Positions 39,383-53,897 of a stretch of 64,000 bases of DNA are shown here, one piece after another. Location: NCBI GenBank assembly GCA_053919585.1, contig CM132795.1, one strand, 5' to 3'. The DNA is from Euprymna scolopes. Taxonomy: Eukaryota. Under the pieces are notes generated by a model. It saw only the letters and a program-made list of their open reading frames with translations. It ran no database searches and was not told the origin of the DNA. How positions within the stretch are numbered: position 1 is the stretch's first letter; each line of letters opens with the position of its first letter. Made by a program: the position numbers and the translations under genes.

Positions 39383-40459
39383 CTAAAAAAACAAACAAAC
39401 AAAAAAACACATCATCAGTTGAAAATTCGATTGTGAATTAAGATTTTACAAAATATATGCAAGGTATAAAAAAGGAAACGGTGGCGCAGAAGTTAACAAC
39501 AACTAATTTTCTAATTAGCTATTAAATTGTCACGTGTGTTTACTGATTTAAAGATTTATTATGTACGTATTTATTATGCCACTTTTACTAAGTGCGCTGT
39601 TCAATATGGACGACACTTTTCCGTGGTTAGTGGCATATTTTAGACTTAAAATATAATAAACAGTTTTGCACTAATCCGATTTACAACTACCATAGGACTT
39701 AGATATTGTGTCAAATCAAAAAAAAATCCTATAGGTTAAATAAGAATGTATTGAACTTATGGTATAGAATAGCTTTAGGATTGGAGTGAAGCAGTTATAA
39801 TTTTAGGCATTACCTCCTCCTTCTTAAGAGGAATTTGGATTATCGCCGCTCAACCAAAATCTTTCACCCATTGATAGAAGAGATGTATATACCACTGTCT
39901 ACTTTTGATGCACTAATAGTAGGTAAATCTTCTCAATGTTGTTCAATGTTACTTTAGTTTCATGCTGCTTTTTAACTCGAAGAAAATGCAGCCTTTATTC
40001 TGATACTAAATTTCAGATTGTCCTAGTAGAACTCATAAACTTATCTTTGATTCAATTCAAGATTCTTTTTTTGGGAGCTTATTTTTCCGACATTCAAACC
40101 GATCTGCTATTTAACTTTGCTCAATGAAGTTGCAAGTAAATATAGACTCTTTTATTGCAAAATAAGTGCGTTGTTTTTTTCTAAATTTCTATATTTCTAA
40201 GTATATTATGTCATCATCAAAATAATATTTTATTTCTTAATAAATTTATGACATGAATGAGATTTTTCAATGCAGAAAATATCATTTTGCATTTTTTATT
40301 ATTTTAATAATAATAAAAATAATTATATGTATTTTAATGTAAGTTTTAGTTGTTCTTGTAAAATATTATTCTTAAGAATGTGTGCGCCTAACTACGTGTA
40401 AATTATGCTAGAAATGCCAGCTTGTATCTATGCTGATTTGTCTGTAAACACATACATAC

Positions 40460-40585
40460 CCTGGCTTCCAAATCTGCAAGACGGTTACGCACTTCGGTCA
40501 TATTGCTCTTCAATTTAATAGTTTCTTCCTTATTACGTGTAACTTCCATATTTTGTTTAGTCGCTCCTGTACGGAATTCTTGAAC
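40460..40585 (-). CDS. NF60/NF70/NF220: Neurofilament rod exon (coil 2)
   Basis: ttttgcAG| acceptor, |GTATGT donor. 126 nt, phase 0-0, VQEFRTGATKQNMEVTRNKEETIKLKSNMTEVRNRLADLEAR. Confidence 0.95.
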
Positions 40586-41059
40586 CTGCAAAAAAGGAAG
40601 GACAATTTTGAGGAAAGAAAAGATTGTGAGGATGAGAAAAAGCATGATAGAAAAGCGCCATATAATTGAACGTGAAGAAATTATACACAGAAACAAAAAT
40701 AAAAATACATTGATCACGACGGCACTGAAAAATTGTCCGTTTTGTGATGATACACTAAGGGGTTGAGTTTGTGACGAACAAACAAATGATTTACTATCGT
40801 CCTCCCACACACACAAAATGGAGGAAATAATTAATGGGAGGACAGCATCATAACAACTAAAAAAATACCACACTATATATATTAAAATAATAAATATCAT
40901 TTCGAATATGCAGGCATACTACACTCCATAGTATTGCCGCCTATACTACACTGACTTCATACTATACATACATAATAATACAATAGTTTTAAATAAAATA
41001 GTGTTTGCATCAGAGTGACAGATATATAATCTTTGTTATTCTCTGTAAAGAAGTGTAGT

Positions 41060-41520
41060 TTTGTCATGTTTTTCACGTTGGCGTGTTGAAGTAAATCAAT
41101 GAAAAAGTTATCCCGTAGCTTTATCAGTCAGTTTATCAAATGTAAGTTTTTTGCATGGGTCTTTTTTTCAAAAATCAATAGGAGCACTTGACATATTTGC
41201 CACAGTCAAACTGCATTCTTTGAAAAAGCTATATACAATCTGCAAAAGTCAACTGAGGTCAATGTTTGAGCTGGCATAAAACCAATGAAGTTGACTTTTT
41301 TTGTTTGGGTCTTGTTGGCGGAACTAGTTCAGGTTGTTGACATTCAGGAATTCAATAGCTTACTTAGCGGCTTTATCGCCAAGAAACAGTAACTCAGATA
41401 CGCTATCCCCTTGAATGATTCTCTTTAAATTTTGACCTCGGGAATTGTGACTGTTGTATTTATGTTGCTGAGAGCCATTGTTGTTTGACCCATTGTAATA
41501 TTGACAGCCATCGTTTTCTC
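41060..41520 (-). mobile_element. Decayed non-LTR retrotransposon RT fragment (R4/Dong-like)
   Basis: With a frameshift, the minus strand reads EVKI.R.IIQGDSVSELLF..AIKPLSKLL (cf. RT motif RGIFQGDSLSPLLF...PLS.LL), followed by LLQIVYSFFKE. Confidence 0.55.
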
Positions 41521-41810
41521 AATTACCGGATTGATCTTATATAATACTATGCACCGAAGCAGCTACCATTAGCGGATTCTATCACTATAATACGCTAAAA
41601 ATAAGTTTCAATTTAACATAGTTGAGCAGGTTAGGTATTTAACTTCTAGCGAAATATGCATAACGTGGAGACATTCATAAACCGATTGTGAATTATTATC
41701 GCAGAACAGATGTATGTAGTCCACTAACTAACCATATATATTTGCTAATGATTGATGTTTTGTCATATGATATCCGATTTTTTAGGAAAATATAAAATCA
41801 AACATCTCAC

Positions 41811-41972
41811 CTTAAGATTGTAGTAAGCCTCGATATCGCCTCTCATCTGATCACATTTAGCGTCATACTCTTGTTGGATGTCACGGATTGCCTGGGCCAG
41901 TTCGTTTCTCCAGAACTCACGGTTTTCGGCAGTTGTGTCGCGATAAGCCAATGCAGCGAGTTCTTTCAGTTC
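41811..41972 (-). CDS. NF60/NF70/NF220: Neurofilament rod exon (linker L12 / coil 2a)
   Basis: cttcatAG| acceptor, |GTGAGA donor. 162 nt, phase 0-0, ELKELAALAYRDTTAENREFWRNELAQAIRDIQQEYDAKCDQMRGDIEAYYNLK. Confidence 0.95.
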
Positions 41973-42577
41973 CTATGAAGGAAAAGACAAAACATGTACT
42001 CAATCAGTAAAGTTCGTTACGATTCTATCTCGAAAGCATAGTGATTTAAGTTGGAAAAATTTTAGAAAAAAGAATTGATCGGCCAATGTAAACATTTAAG
42101 TACAAACAATGCCATTGTTTTTTCGCGTGTGTTTCTTCATTGTGTTTATTATTCTCTCATTATTCAGAAGAGAGAGAGACATTCTACTTTTAAAAGGTGC
42201 AATTAAATTACAAAACAGTTGATTAGTATTCACAAATTACTTAACAACATTTTTGTTAAAAATGCTACATGACGTCATGATTGTTTATAATGAATTTATA
42301 TAATTATATGCTGTTAGTTAAATAATTAATTTATTTATTTTTAAATAGAATTTACTCAACAGGCGTGTGTTTACTTATATAATCAAGTAAGAATAATAAC
42401 ATTGCAGTCAAGGGATTNNNNNNNNNNNNNNNNNNNNNNNNNNNNNNNNNNNNNNNNNNNNNNNNNNNNNNNNNNNNNNNNNNNNNNNNNNNNNNNNNNN
42501 NNNNNNNNNNNNNNNNNNNNNNNNNNNNNNNNNNNNNNNNNNNNNNNNNNNNNNNNNNNNNNNNNNNNNNNACTCAC

Positions 42578-42673
42578 TTGGGCATGCACGTCTTTCTGGA
42601 ATTCAAGTTCTTCCTCAAGTGTTTGTCTACGGTTTTCCGCATCCAAATGATTAATCGTCTCGTTATTCAAGTC
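42578..42673 (-). CDS. NF60/NF70/NF220: Neurofilament rod exon (end of coil 1b)
   Basis: tttcAG| acceptor, |GTGAGT donor. 96 nt, phase 0-0, DLNNETINHLDAENRRQTLEEELEFQKDVHAQ (IF motif LEEELEF). Confidence 0.95.
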
Positions 42674-43566
42674 CTGAAAGAAAAGAACAGAAAGAATTCC
42701 GGATTGAGTAAAATTGTCTTTTAACAAATGAATGCGATAACAGAAAACACAAAATAAAAACAAGTTTCATATCTGTCTAACATCGATTAAAGTATCGGCT
42801 CGAATATATACAAAACAAAGGAGACAAAATAAATTTTCGAAATCTTTCGAATATCATTATCAATTGATATAATTAAAGACAAAAATATATTCATATGTTG
42901 CATATCAGTTACTGTTTGATATGAGAGTAGAAAAGAAGATACTCTGTATATTTTGCTATACACATATACAGAAATATATATTATTATATAAGAAATAAAA
43001 ACAATTACGTCAGTAAGAGGATAGTATATCTTTATTCATAATACATTATAACTTTATTGTAATAAAGCATCGTTACTATTGAAATCAGATGTTACTGTGA
43101 AATTAAACCTGTGACTTTAAAACCACATTAACTCCTGTCTTTAGTAGCATGTCCAAGAAAAGGCTCTGAAAATATAGTATAGATAGCTAATCANNNNNNN
43201 NNNNNNNNNNNNNNNNNNNNNNNNNNNNNNNNNNNNNNNNNNNNNNNNNNNNNNNNNNNNNNNNNNNNNNNNNNNNNNNNNNNNNNNNNNNNNNNNNNNN
43301 NNNNNNNNNNNNNNNNNNNNNNNNNNNNNNNNNNNNNNNNNNNNNNNNNNNNNNGTTGCCCTGGATTGAATGATAATGAACGAGTTTTTCATAGTCCCAT
43401 ATTTTAATCGGTGGAATCGACCATTTTTTCGCTCTAGTTTGTGACCCATTGCGGTGCACCAGGACATGCTTTTTCGAAATGACTTAGTCCACAATAAATT
43501 GCAGTTTACATTGCACTGTAGAAAACCTACTGTTGTATTATATAAAATGAATTTTATAAATAATGG

Positions 43567-43875
43567 CTTGAATTAAAGTTTCAAACGCAAAAGTCAAGCA
43601 TCATGGTTCAGTTGTGATGTAAACAGAAACATTCATTTCGAACGCGCCTCTGTCAAATTAAAGGATTTACTATTAATTTCATATGCTTGGTCTTTTTCTT
43701 GTGCGTTATAATAACTTGAACTTGAGTTTAAAATGAATAAGTTAAGTATCATGGTTCGATTGCGCTTTAATCTGGAACATTCATTTCGAACGCCCTCCTT
43801 TTATATCAAAGAAGCAACTATTTATTTTATGTGTCGGGCCTTTCTCCTTGTGTGGTATGAAACTTAAATGAACTT
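43567..43875. repeat. Diverged tandem duplication, two ~150-bp units
   Basis: Shared blocks ATCATGGTTC, AACATTCATTTCGAACGC, ACTATT and CTTGTG occur in the same order in 43567-43720 and 43721-43875. Confidence 0.75.
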
Positions 43876-45591
43876 GTGATGTTAGGCTGTATAAGTTGTT
43901 AACTTTGGTAAAAAAAACGCCTGCTCCTTCTTTCATTGGATTTTTACAATGCTAAACTTATGTAAGAAAACTGCCATACACATATGCATCTGAGTGACAT
44001 TTCATAAAATCCTTTCGATCGTTTCACTGTCTATATGAAACAAACTCACACTTATATTCACAAAGTTCTTTTTATATGATATTAATATAATGTATATGCA
44101 CACATACGCTAGATAATTTAAATTATGGGGTGCAGTATATATGATAAAAATAAAATCTATACGTTTCTCTCCATTAGACTTATCAGAAAAAAAGTATTAT
44201 GTGTCTCTTCAATCATAACCAGTTTGTTGAATACATTTATCATTCTGTTGTGTCTGCACAATAATTAACAAGAACACGGGAAGTAAAGGTATACAATTAT
44301 ATATTAGAAAGAAAAGTTATATACATATTTACATGTCTTCAGATATACTTCAGTTGGAGATATTCCCGCAGGTGGCGTGTTGTATATCTTACTGGAGGCA
44401 GCATAAGCGTCTTGCCTATTTGACGGTTGTTGCCGGACTCCCAGAGTATTGGTGATTGATACCTTTATATATCTCACTCACCCGCCTATGTTAATTAGTA
44501 GGCGTCTCTACAACACATTCAAAATTAAATTGTCACCAATTCCACAAACTACTACCACTATGTTTGCAATGGATTTTGGAATAAAATATAAAACCGTTTT
44601 CTTTTATTTCTATTGCGCAATGGAAATAAATCACGTGAGAAATAATGAAAGGCGTTATGGATTCCCTTTTTGTGTGCTTTTTTAATATATTTATTTTTCT
44701 ATTATAGTTTGCATGTATCTGGGCAAAGGCAAAATCAATATGATATTCATATAATATTATTTAACCCATCATGTAAATGGTTCGATATTATTTTACTTCA
44801 AAGATAATTATTTTATTGATGCAAAAATTGTTTAAACCTTTTTACTTAAATATTTCATATAATGTAATTATATTAATCCAACTAGAACGCAGAATCCTTA
44901 GTTTTTCTTCCTAATAAAGGTTGCAATTGTATTGAACGAAGACACACGGCTATTTTGAACATGCCAATTGCTAGTCCGATTTCCTTGTTGGATTAAGTAT
45001 ATAAACAGATAGTGTTTGTCAAAATGATTAATTTACAAGAAGTTTTAAAAAATGTATTGATAGCAAAAAATGGGTGTCAATTGCTTATGGATTTGAATCA
45101 TTATTGAAATAAAAAAATAAACTTGATAGATAATGACATGTATTGTTGTATTTTATAATTTTTTAAACATGTTGCATACTGGGAGCAAATAAAGTCGAAA
45201 ATGATTAGAGCATAATAGAAAGGGGGAAAATGTAAATGAATCAATTGACATATTATATTGCCTGTACACGAGTAGGACATGCACGAATATTTATGATGAG
45301 ACTATGGGTTAGGAATATGAAGAAATAAAACATATTCGAATATGGATGATGATGGAATTCGTTTCTATACGTTGATGTTTATATGTATATATATACATGT
45401 ACATCTATATATGTACACACACAAACACACACACAACCATATATATACATATACATATTTAAGGAGAGGATGAAGGAGAAGTGAGAAGATTAACAGCGAG
45501 AGGGAAAAATCGAGAAGTAAATGAAAGGTGATGATCAAAAGAAAAAAGTTAAGATGAAAAAAGAGACAAAAGAGAAGAAGAAGTATTTGCT

Positions 45592-45614
45592 GTTATTGTT
45601 GTTGTTGTTGTTGT

Positions 45615-45677
<63 letters not shown>
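45592..45677. repeat. Compound (TTG)n(ATG)n microsatellite
   Basis: Read directly; it explains the poly-L/poly-M ORF at 45521-45784. Confidence 0.95.
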
Positions 45678-48600
45678 CTAACTGTAGTATCATTTCACTA
45701 CATCATTCAGCTGTAAAATTAACGATGGACAAAAAAAAAAGACAAATCAAGATCAGAGAAGACAAAAACAATTCATTAAGATGACTTTTCTAAATTCACA
45801 AATAAATTCTCAGCTCTAAGAAAGTATTATCTGCTAATGAAGCAAGTGCCGCTTGAATAATTCACTTGTTGTATTCGCACTGTTGTTGTCAATTCGCAGT
45901 TATTGGCGTCTTAAAGCAAAATTTTTCCTGATGTTTTGGTCTCCGTATGGTGTTCGTAGATTATGAAATATGTCGTTGCCAAGCATCTTTAAATCACAGT
46001 AGAATAGACAGAAACACCTGGCCAATACGTATAACAACCAACGAAGACTGGTTGGCTGATTCACTATGTGTGTCGCTTTTTTTTCGTTAGTTTCCTCCTT
46101 CTCTCAGTATATCTCTCTCGTTTTATTACTTCGCACCTCTTATAGATTTGGAAAACAAATACTCAACTTGATCGAGATAAGTCATTTAATTTCCTTTATT
46201 CATCAAAACATAATTTCTTGCAATGGTAAAATCTTTTACTTGTCCCTAAACATCCTAACATGGCCCAAGATAAATTACATACATTATATCACTGATATGC
46301 GATACAGAAAATGGAAGAGCAGAAAGTGAATGAAAGGTAATTATGATTATGATGATGATCTGATAGTTATGACGGCTGATTATTGTGAATGAAAAATGAT
46401 TAGCAACAAAAATGTTTTATGAAATAAAAGCATTTCGTTTCATTTTCACGGGTGTATAAACAAAAAGCCAACAGTCATCAATCAATAGGTAAAGCTGGCA
46501 TGCGTCTTAGTTGAGTCTGAACTTCACGAGAGATAGGAATNNNNNNNNNNNNNNNNNNNNNNNNNNNNNNNNNNNNNNNNNNNNNNNNNNNNNNNNNNNN
46601 NNNNNNNNNNNNNNNNNNNNNNNNNNNNNNNNNNNNNNNNNNNNNNNNNNNNNNNNNNNNNNNNNNNNNNNNNNNNNNNNNNNNNNNNNNNNNNNNNNNN
46701 NNNNNNNNNNNNNNNNNNNNNNNNAATGGTAAGAATGCTATACGGAAATGGCTTTAACATTGTTGGGTTGAATATAAAAACAGTATCAAAAGGGTGAAAT
46801 CCATGCAGAGTAAATAAATAAATCATTCAAAACTTAAACTGCCAAAAATAAAAAGGAAATGTAAACAAAATTTAAAATAATAAAATAATTGAGAAAAATA
46901 AATTTGCAAAAAATAAAACAAAACTAAATTAATTATAATAAAATGAGAAAAGTAAGTAAAAAGCTTAAGTTCTCGTTTTGCTTCCACTCAGTTATTTACA
47001 AATAAAAAATAAATAAAACTACTTAAAGCCACTATTAAAGAAAGGGAATGCCGAAAGTTATAATGGATATCCTATCAGGATTGTTTAAACACGTACTGTA
47101 AAATTGTTATGTTTGTGCTTTTACAACAAAAAGCGAGAAAAGTCAGTTTATATTTTTGGCTTTTGTGAGTTTATTTTGTTGAATTTTAGTGGTGCATTAG
47201 TTATTGTTAATTTCTTGAAACCTACAATGCCTCGACAACTGCATTCAGTTATCTGATACTATATTTTAGACGATGAATCCGTCACAGAGAAGGGTTTAAA
47301 ATTATATGTTTGTTTCCTTTCTTTGAAAAAGACAAACAAAAAATATAATGATTAATGTCATTACATAACCACAGAAAACCATGAAGAATTTGTCTGAGCA
47401 ATTAATTAGAAAGAAAGATAAAAAGCCGGTTAATTTAGTCTATAGAAGAATATAAGAGTGTTAATTACAGATGATGTTTGCAAAAATAACTGTAAACTCA
47501 ACAATGTTCTGAATATAATGAAATCCATTAACTATATGTAATTTTATGGGTTACTGACCCCAAATGCCATAATTTTGAAACATTCACAATTTTGTATAAT
47601 ATTTAGTACAAATAACCATTCTATACCTGTCTTGTCCACAAAGTTTCTCTCATAAATGTTCAATAGTTTTTGTTTTATAGATATTGCAAGCATATTTGGA
47701 TGTTGCAATGCGTCAAATTTGGACTATACTGACCGTTCGAAAACGGTCAGCATAGCTCAAAATTCAGAAATTACTCGGAGATTGTTGAGGTATATATTGT
47801 CGTTAAAATATACTTAGCGATAAAATCGACAGTTTAAGGACCGGTGAGTGTAAAGCCAATTGAGGATTACAACTCCTACTGATGGGATGCACATCAAAGT
47901 TTCCTTGCATATCACTGTATGGTGATAAAACAGCATGTTTTCATGACTGAACGTTGGTGGTAAAATGAGACATTAACTGAAATTTATTTGTGCTTTTGTT
48001 ATAATTTCAAATCAGGTGTCATAGGTGTGCCGGATATTCCTTGGCGAGTGTATATGTTCAAAGGGTCATCTGGCAATGTGCAACTAATTATACAATATAA
48101 TTAATATGGAATGAAAGTGTGATCAATATATAGTAGATAGTTGTTTTGTAAATTTGTGTGACATAGCGAATGATTTGAAATAACAAAGTTTAGGATTTTC
48201 CGTATATGAGTTTCGTGAAGCTAAAACATCAAGTGATATCTGGATTATTAATAGCATGGATTTAAGGATAGTACAACTTGAATCATATTACCTAAATTTG
48301 ATATGACTTAAATTTGTCGCAGATTCCTTCTTCATCAATATATCGATCTCCCTTGAAATGAACAGCTTCACTTGTAGCCATTGTGTTGCATTTTGGTTGT
48401 GATTTTTTTGCGGGAACTTTTATTGGCTGTAACGTTTTATTCTTCTATCGTCCGTCAAAGATGCTTGTACATCAAATCAAATCAAACTTATTGGCAACAA
48501 ATAAAAGAATTTCCGTAATTCCGTGCAGGAAAATGGTAGGACAAAGAAAGGCTCCATACAGGATAGTCTTGAATACGTTTTTGGTTGAATACTGGACTAT

Positions 48601-48681
48601 ATTGTAGGGAAATATGTTCACTCGAGAAGTGATATGGACAGAGCAAGCAGGCTTTGGCATGTTGAAAGACGGCACAAAGTA

Positions 48682-48760
48682 TTCGGTTGGTGCAAAAATA
48701 ATGACGTTTTTTGACACGAAGTTGAACGTTAAAAACGACATTACTTTTGCACCAACCTAA
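48682..48760. mobile_element. 79-bp mariner-derived MITE (MADE1/Hsmar1-like termini) with TA target-site duplication
   Basis: TA|TTCGGTTGGTGCAAAAATAATGACGTTTTTTG...TAAAAACGACATTACTTTTGCACCAACCTAA|TA. The ends are inverted repeats of each other and match the recalled Hsmar1/MADE1 TIR TTAGGTTGGTGCAAAAGTAAT. Confidence 0.85.
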
Positions 48761-49196
48761 TAGTATTGGTTCATATTCATGTCGTGCGTATATTTTTTGT
48801 TTACATTTTCAGAAATCGGCTTCCTTTCAACAACATTATCTCTGATATAAAAATCATCATAGGAAAAAATTCCGCTCAGCTATATTTTAAAATACATAGT
48901 TCACATTAAACACTCATCTTTAACTGTGCTGGTCTCTCCAGTAAGGTTAGCACAGAATCCAGAAATAGCTAAGGAATAGCAATGTAGTATTTTATATCAG
49001 AAGAGGAAATGAACATGATTTGAATTTGAAAATCGACAAATGACGTTTACATAAGATAATATTAAAAACACCGTTCTCTAGCAAATAATGCCGAAATTGA
49101 TGAGAATGTTTTGTGATTATGTAATAACAAAAAATGAACAAAATAATATTTAAAAAAATCACTACTGATTGTTAACAGAGTAGTTCACAACATGAC

Positions 49197-49197
<1 letters not shown>

Positions 49198-49242
<45 letters not shown>
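49198..49242. repeat. (AAT)n microsatellite
   Basis: Read directly. Confidence 0.95.
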
Positions 49243-50146
49243 GCAAGATCGGAATTTTAGGAGGTCTTACATGAGTGACCGTATCCGTTTCCTGTGAGGA
49301 GAAAAGCAAATGAAAATAAGTAACATTGATCAAACAATCAATAAAAGGCGATTGTGATAGAAACAGAAAGAGTAAGAGAGAAAGAAAGAGGGAGGGGGGC
49401 AGAAAGACAGAGCGAAAGGGTTAATAAGAATAAAATATTATAAGAATGAATGAGGAAATAAAACTATTTCTCTTTATGTATTCGAAAAGAACTGTTTTCT
49501 TGATGTATTTTTTATGTTGAAACTGATTCTGCCGCTGCACTAATTTTAGGTGTTCATTAATCGTGCTGAGATCAACACTGAACAGAGAAACAGATTTCCA
49601 CAGTGTCCGTTTGTTTGTATTGCCATGTATTGATTTATATGATGCTATTTTGCGAGCGAATTACGCAAAACATGAATGTGAGCCCCGAATGATATAAATT
49701 AAGTAACAATGACTATTGAAACAGGAACTTTCAACTTTACAACTGAATGAGGAATTCGACCTAATGTTGACCGTCGACATAAGGGCACAGAAACAGAAGC
49801 GTTGTGAATATAAAAGAAATACGAACAATAATCGAAATATGGACGAAAAGGATAACATTTCCCTGTCTAAAAAACCGATGTAGTAATATAAATAAAAATA
49901 AAATAATGAGTTTTTATTATGAAAACGATAATGTCCGTCACAAATGATTTTATGCAGTTTTTTTTTAAATTTAAATCAGTAAAGAAAAAGGGAGTAATTT
50001 AATTACTTTATTAGAAATGAATATTTTTCAGTCATAATCATGACTGTAGTATGAGTTAAACTGTTTCTAGAACAGATACAACACAAAAGATAACTGTGTA
50101 ACCACAGTTCGATTTTGATAGAAATATGAACGATCCAGCAAAGAAA

Positions 50147-50148
<2 letters not shown>

Positions 50149-50232
<84 letters not shown>
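50149..50232. repeat. (AT)n microsatellite; similar tracts at ~4849-4878, 6093-6138, 6387-6423, 10387-10420, 29555-29595, 29874-29936, 36255-36292, 38961-39029 and 54648-54698
   Basis: Read directly; these tracts are the source of the YIYIYI ORFs. Confidence 0.95.
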
Positions 50233-50234
<2 letters not shown>

Positions 50235-50238
<4 letters not shown>

Positions 50239-50682
50239 GATAGGACGATTCCAATTATTTTCCACGATTCCGATAAAATTACCGATTCCGTACTAAATTC
50301 ACGATTCCGATACAATTACCGATTCCGATTTCGATTCTTTATGCATCTCTTAATATTTAACTATAGAGTTGTTATTCTTCCCTTCCCTGATTACTGCAAA
50401 AACGCATGTTAAATGTGGAGATATTTTCCGAGACGAAAATAAAATACACTTGTGGGTGATCATCTATCGATTTTAGTTTTACTAGTAGTTAAAAATCAAT
50501 AAATATTTATTATTTTGTCATAATTATTACCAGCAAAGGAAGATTTTGCTTTAAACACATTAAAATAAAAAGAACAATTAAAATAATCGTTTTGGCATCG
50601 GAAAATATGCACACCTTATTCCGATACGCTCAAATAGTCTGATTTTTCGGATTCCCGATTCCGATTTTTCGTCTCATCACTG
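50235..50682. mobile_element. Probable hAT-like non-autonomous element with subterminal (CCGATTCCGAT) repeats
   Basis: The right end TCGTCTCATCACTG is approximately the inverse of the left TTGTGATAGGACGA. Clustered CGATTCCG motifs at 50245-50337 and 50615-50667. Confidence 0.45.
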
Positions 50683-53600
50683 TATTGTCTTTAAAATCTA
50701 ATTATCCACTGACACGCTTTCGTTATCTCATTAGAGTGGTTGAATCTAGCGAGACTCGAAATCTCTATATATACTTTGATTCATCCTAAACAAAGCACAT
50801 TGCAACTAATACGTTAGTAGCAACTGAGAATTAGTGGCCAGATTTATAGGTGCACCCTAGATGGTTAGTTATGTAACGAGATGTTTTCTCACATAACATT
50901 TAAATTTGTGCATGCTACAGTAAAGTATACAGGAAGCAAGGACAGGTTAAAACTTTTAGAGTAGAAAGCCCTAACACATCAGGGGACCTCAACAGTGAAG
51001 ATATAGAACAAGCTGATGGTCGAGTTCGTCAGGTGTATTTACATTGATGATGCACCAGAGCAACATATTGGTAGGAACACCTTTCATAGAAGTATTTGAT
51101 ACAACACTGGACTGGACGATTGAACAAGGGATGCACTTAATGGACAGTTCAGGGACTATTAAATTAAATTAATTCTTTATTGGGTTGTGTCAAAGAGGGG
51201 AGAGACTCCTAAGTAGTGCTCCAGTCCGGATCTTACAATACTTCAATGGCTAACAGTAGCTGGATAGAGATAGAGGATACTAGCTTGTGCGAGAAATTTT
51301 CTTAGCCGAGAGAGATAATTTTTTATGGCAGCCTTCGCAGTATCTTCAATGTAATTGTCCAATTTTTGTTACCTGTGAACACTAGGAGTCTTAATATTTG
51401 ATTATCACCATGGTAATCGGTGATTAAAAAATATGTACATATTAGATAGATATATTAGATAAATATCTTAGATGGATACATGAACTATACTAATTAGATA
51501 TCTAAAACATAGCAAAGAAAATTGTTACACAAAATAAACAACCAAGTGGATAAATAATTATATATATATATGTATATATATATTTATATATATTTATATA
51601 TATATTTATATATATATATTACATAGATGAAGAGATATAGCAATTGGTTGTTGAATTAAGAGAGATCAGAAGGAAGTTAGATACAGTTGCACAAATAAAT
51701 AAATTTAATGTATATATAGAGAAGTTGGATAGAACAGATTAATANNNNNNNNNNNNNNNNNNNNNNNNNNNNNNNNNNNNNNNNNNNNNNNNNNNNNNNN
51801 NNNNNNNNNNNNNNNNNNNNNNNNNNNNNNNNNNNNNNNNNNNNNNNNNNNNNNNNNNNNNNNNNNNNNNNNNNNGTTATCAATTCATTAACCGAAGGAT
51901 AAACCAATTACTACCAAAATATCGTCAGGCACAGACGGTGTTGGATTAAATGTTAAATGATTGCAATCCACTGAATGTATTGTTACGTTAACAGAAATAA
52001 GACATATTTTAATATTACAGAAAAGTACTGATATATCAATAAATGCATGAGCTTTGGATGTCGTTGAAAACTTATCAATTTATCACATAGAGTAATATTA
52101 GTTTTAGAGAAAAATATATGAAATTGTAAAAAGACAAAACAAAGATCGGCGTCGAGTGCATATAAATGAAAATCATAGAAATGTGAACTTGATGGTCCGT
52201 GACGCAAATAATACAGAACGAATTGATATACACTATCATGAAAAATTAAGCGGCAATCGTAATTCAACATGAAAATATAATTTAACGCCAAATAAAAAAT
52301 GAATAACATTAAAGTGATAATAAAGAGTATCAACATGATGGGAACAGTTTTTGAAAGCTCGAAAATAAGATTTTATCGCAGCAACGAAGGACATTTATTG
52401 GTCTGTCACATAACGACCGGTGAAAGTTTAATACAAAATTCCAGCAGCGATATATCTTTAGATCGGTAAATCCTCATTTAAATTTGAAGGTTTGTCAAAC
52501 CTGGACTCGGATCGAGGAACTTTTGAATGAACTTCTTCAACATTTTCATTTTGAGAAATATTAATGCATTAACAAACATGTTAAGGAAGATTTTTACGAA
52601 CAAAAATATTTACAACCACGTGTTAGAGAAATGGACATATTGAAAACATAATTGAATTCTGGTCCAAGTGAGTAGTGTTGATCGTCCAACCATCACACTC
52701 GATGCGTCACAATCTTAAACAAATTAAGCGATCGGGCGCACCCACAATAATAAAACTATCGTTACAAAATTTGCACCACTGTGAGAGAACTTACGTTTGT
52801 CGGTTTCTGTTCCCAATAAGACGACTTTATTATGAGCATTTTTTATTTTTTTATTACATTTAATTTGAACTTACGTCGTGATAAATAAATATTCCATATG
52901 TCCTTAAGATTGAACAGAGGTAGCATAATCTGTATTGAATTCAGAGAGTTAATATTGTGTTTTGTGACAATCATGTAATTCGGTGTCGCAAGGAAGAGAA
53001 AAGGTAATATTTTATCGCGACTAATGTCGACGAAAACAGCTGCAGAAAAACCTTGCGCATATTGTCTCGTAATCGATTAGTCATCGACAATCGTAGTTAA
53101 TTGGAAAATCTTTTAGAGACGAGGGGTTGCAATCCTAAACATACTTTAGAGCATCAGTTTGCCATACTCATCGTTTTGTCAATTGACAACAACTGAGTGC
53201 ATTTTTTATATGATGTAAATGTCCGTTACACAAAAAAATACCTGTAATTAAAATTTCAATGACGATTCATCGTAGTCAAAAATTAATAGAAAATACGCCA
53301 ATGCTTTTTCGTACATCACTAATTAAATGTTTCTAGTTTTTTTTTAGAGATATTGTTTTGCATACAATGTAAAATTATATTAATTTGTTTGGTTAACGAC
53401 ATTTAAGCTATTTTTAGTTTTTCAAACCACAACACGTATTTTACCGATATCTAACAAGGGAAAACTTATACTATTTCCAAATAAATGTAATAGATATGTT
53501 TCAGCTCTACCATCGTCTTTGCGTCAATTACTGATAACGGTTTTAGTTGAAACAAATACAAACGGTTGGGTATTCTTAATCTAATATGAAAACACCATCG

Positions 53601-53893
53601 ATTAAGTGACATTTTAATTAGACTTGAATAATAAAAGGCAACGTACAAAGCAATATAAAAGTCACAGCATTCGAAAAGAAAAAGTTCCGTTTGCAACTTA
53701 TTTGACTGATGTTAATCGAATGTCCGTTTTCAAAACTTCTATGCCGTCAATTTGCTTCTGCTGTCATTTTGCAATAAGTATTAAGCCTATTACTTGCTCA
53801 CGTGATATTTACAAAGCATTCCTCACGATACCAAATTGAATTGCAATTACCTTTTATTTCAAATCCAAGATTCCACTCCTGTAATTCTATCTC

Positions 53894-53897
<4 letters not shown>

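Noticed and set aside
39840-40140. Possible pogo/Tigger-like transposase remnant (minus strand, IADRFEC...)
   Set aside because: Too degenerate to assign without a profile search.
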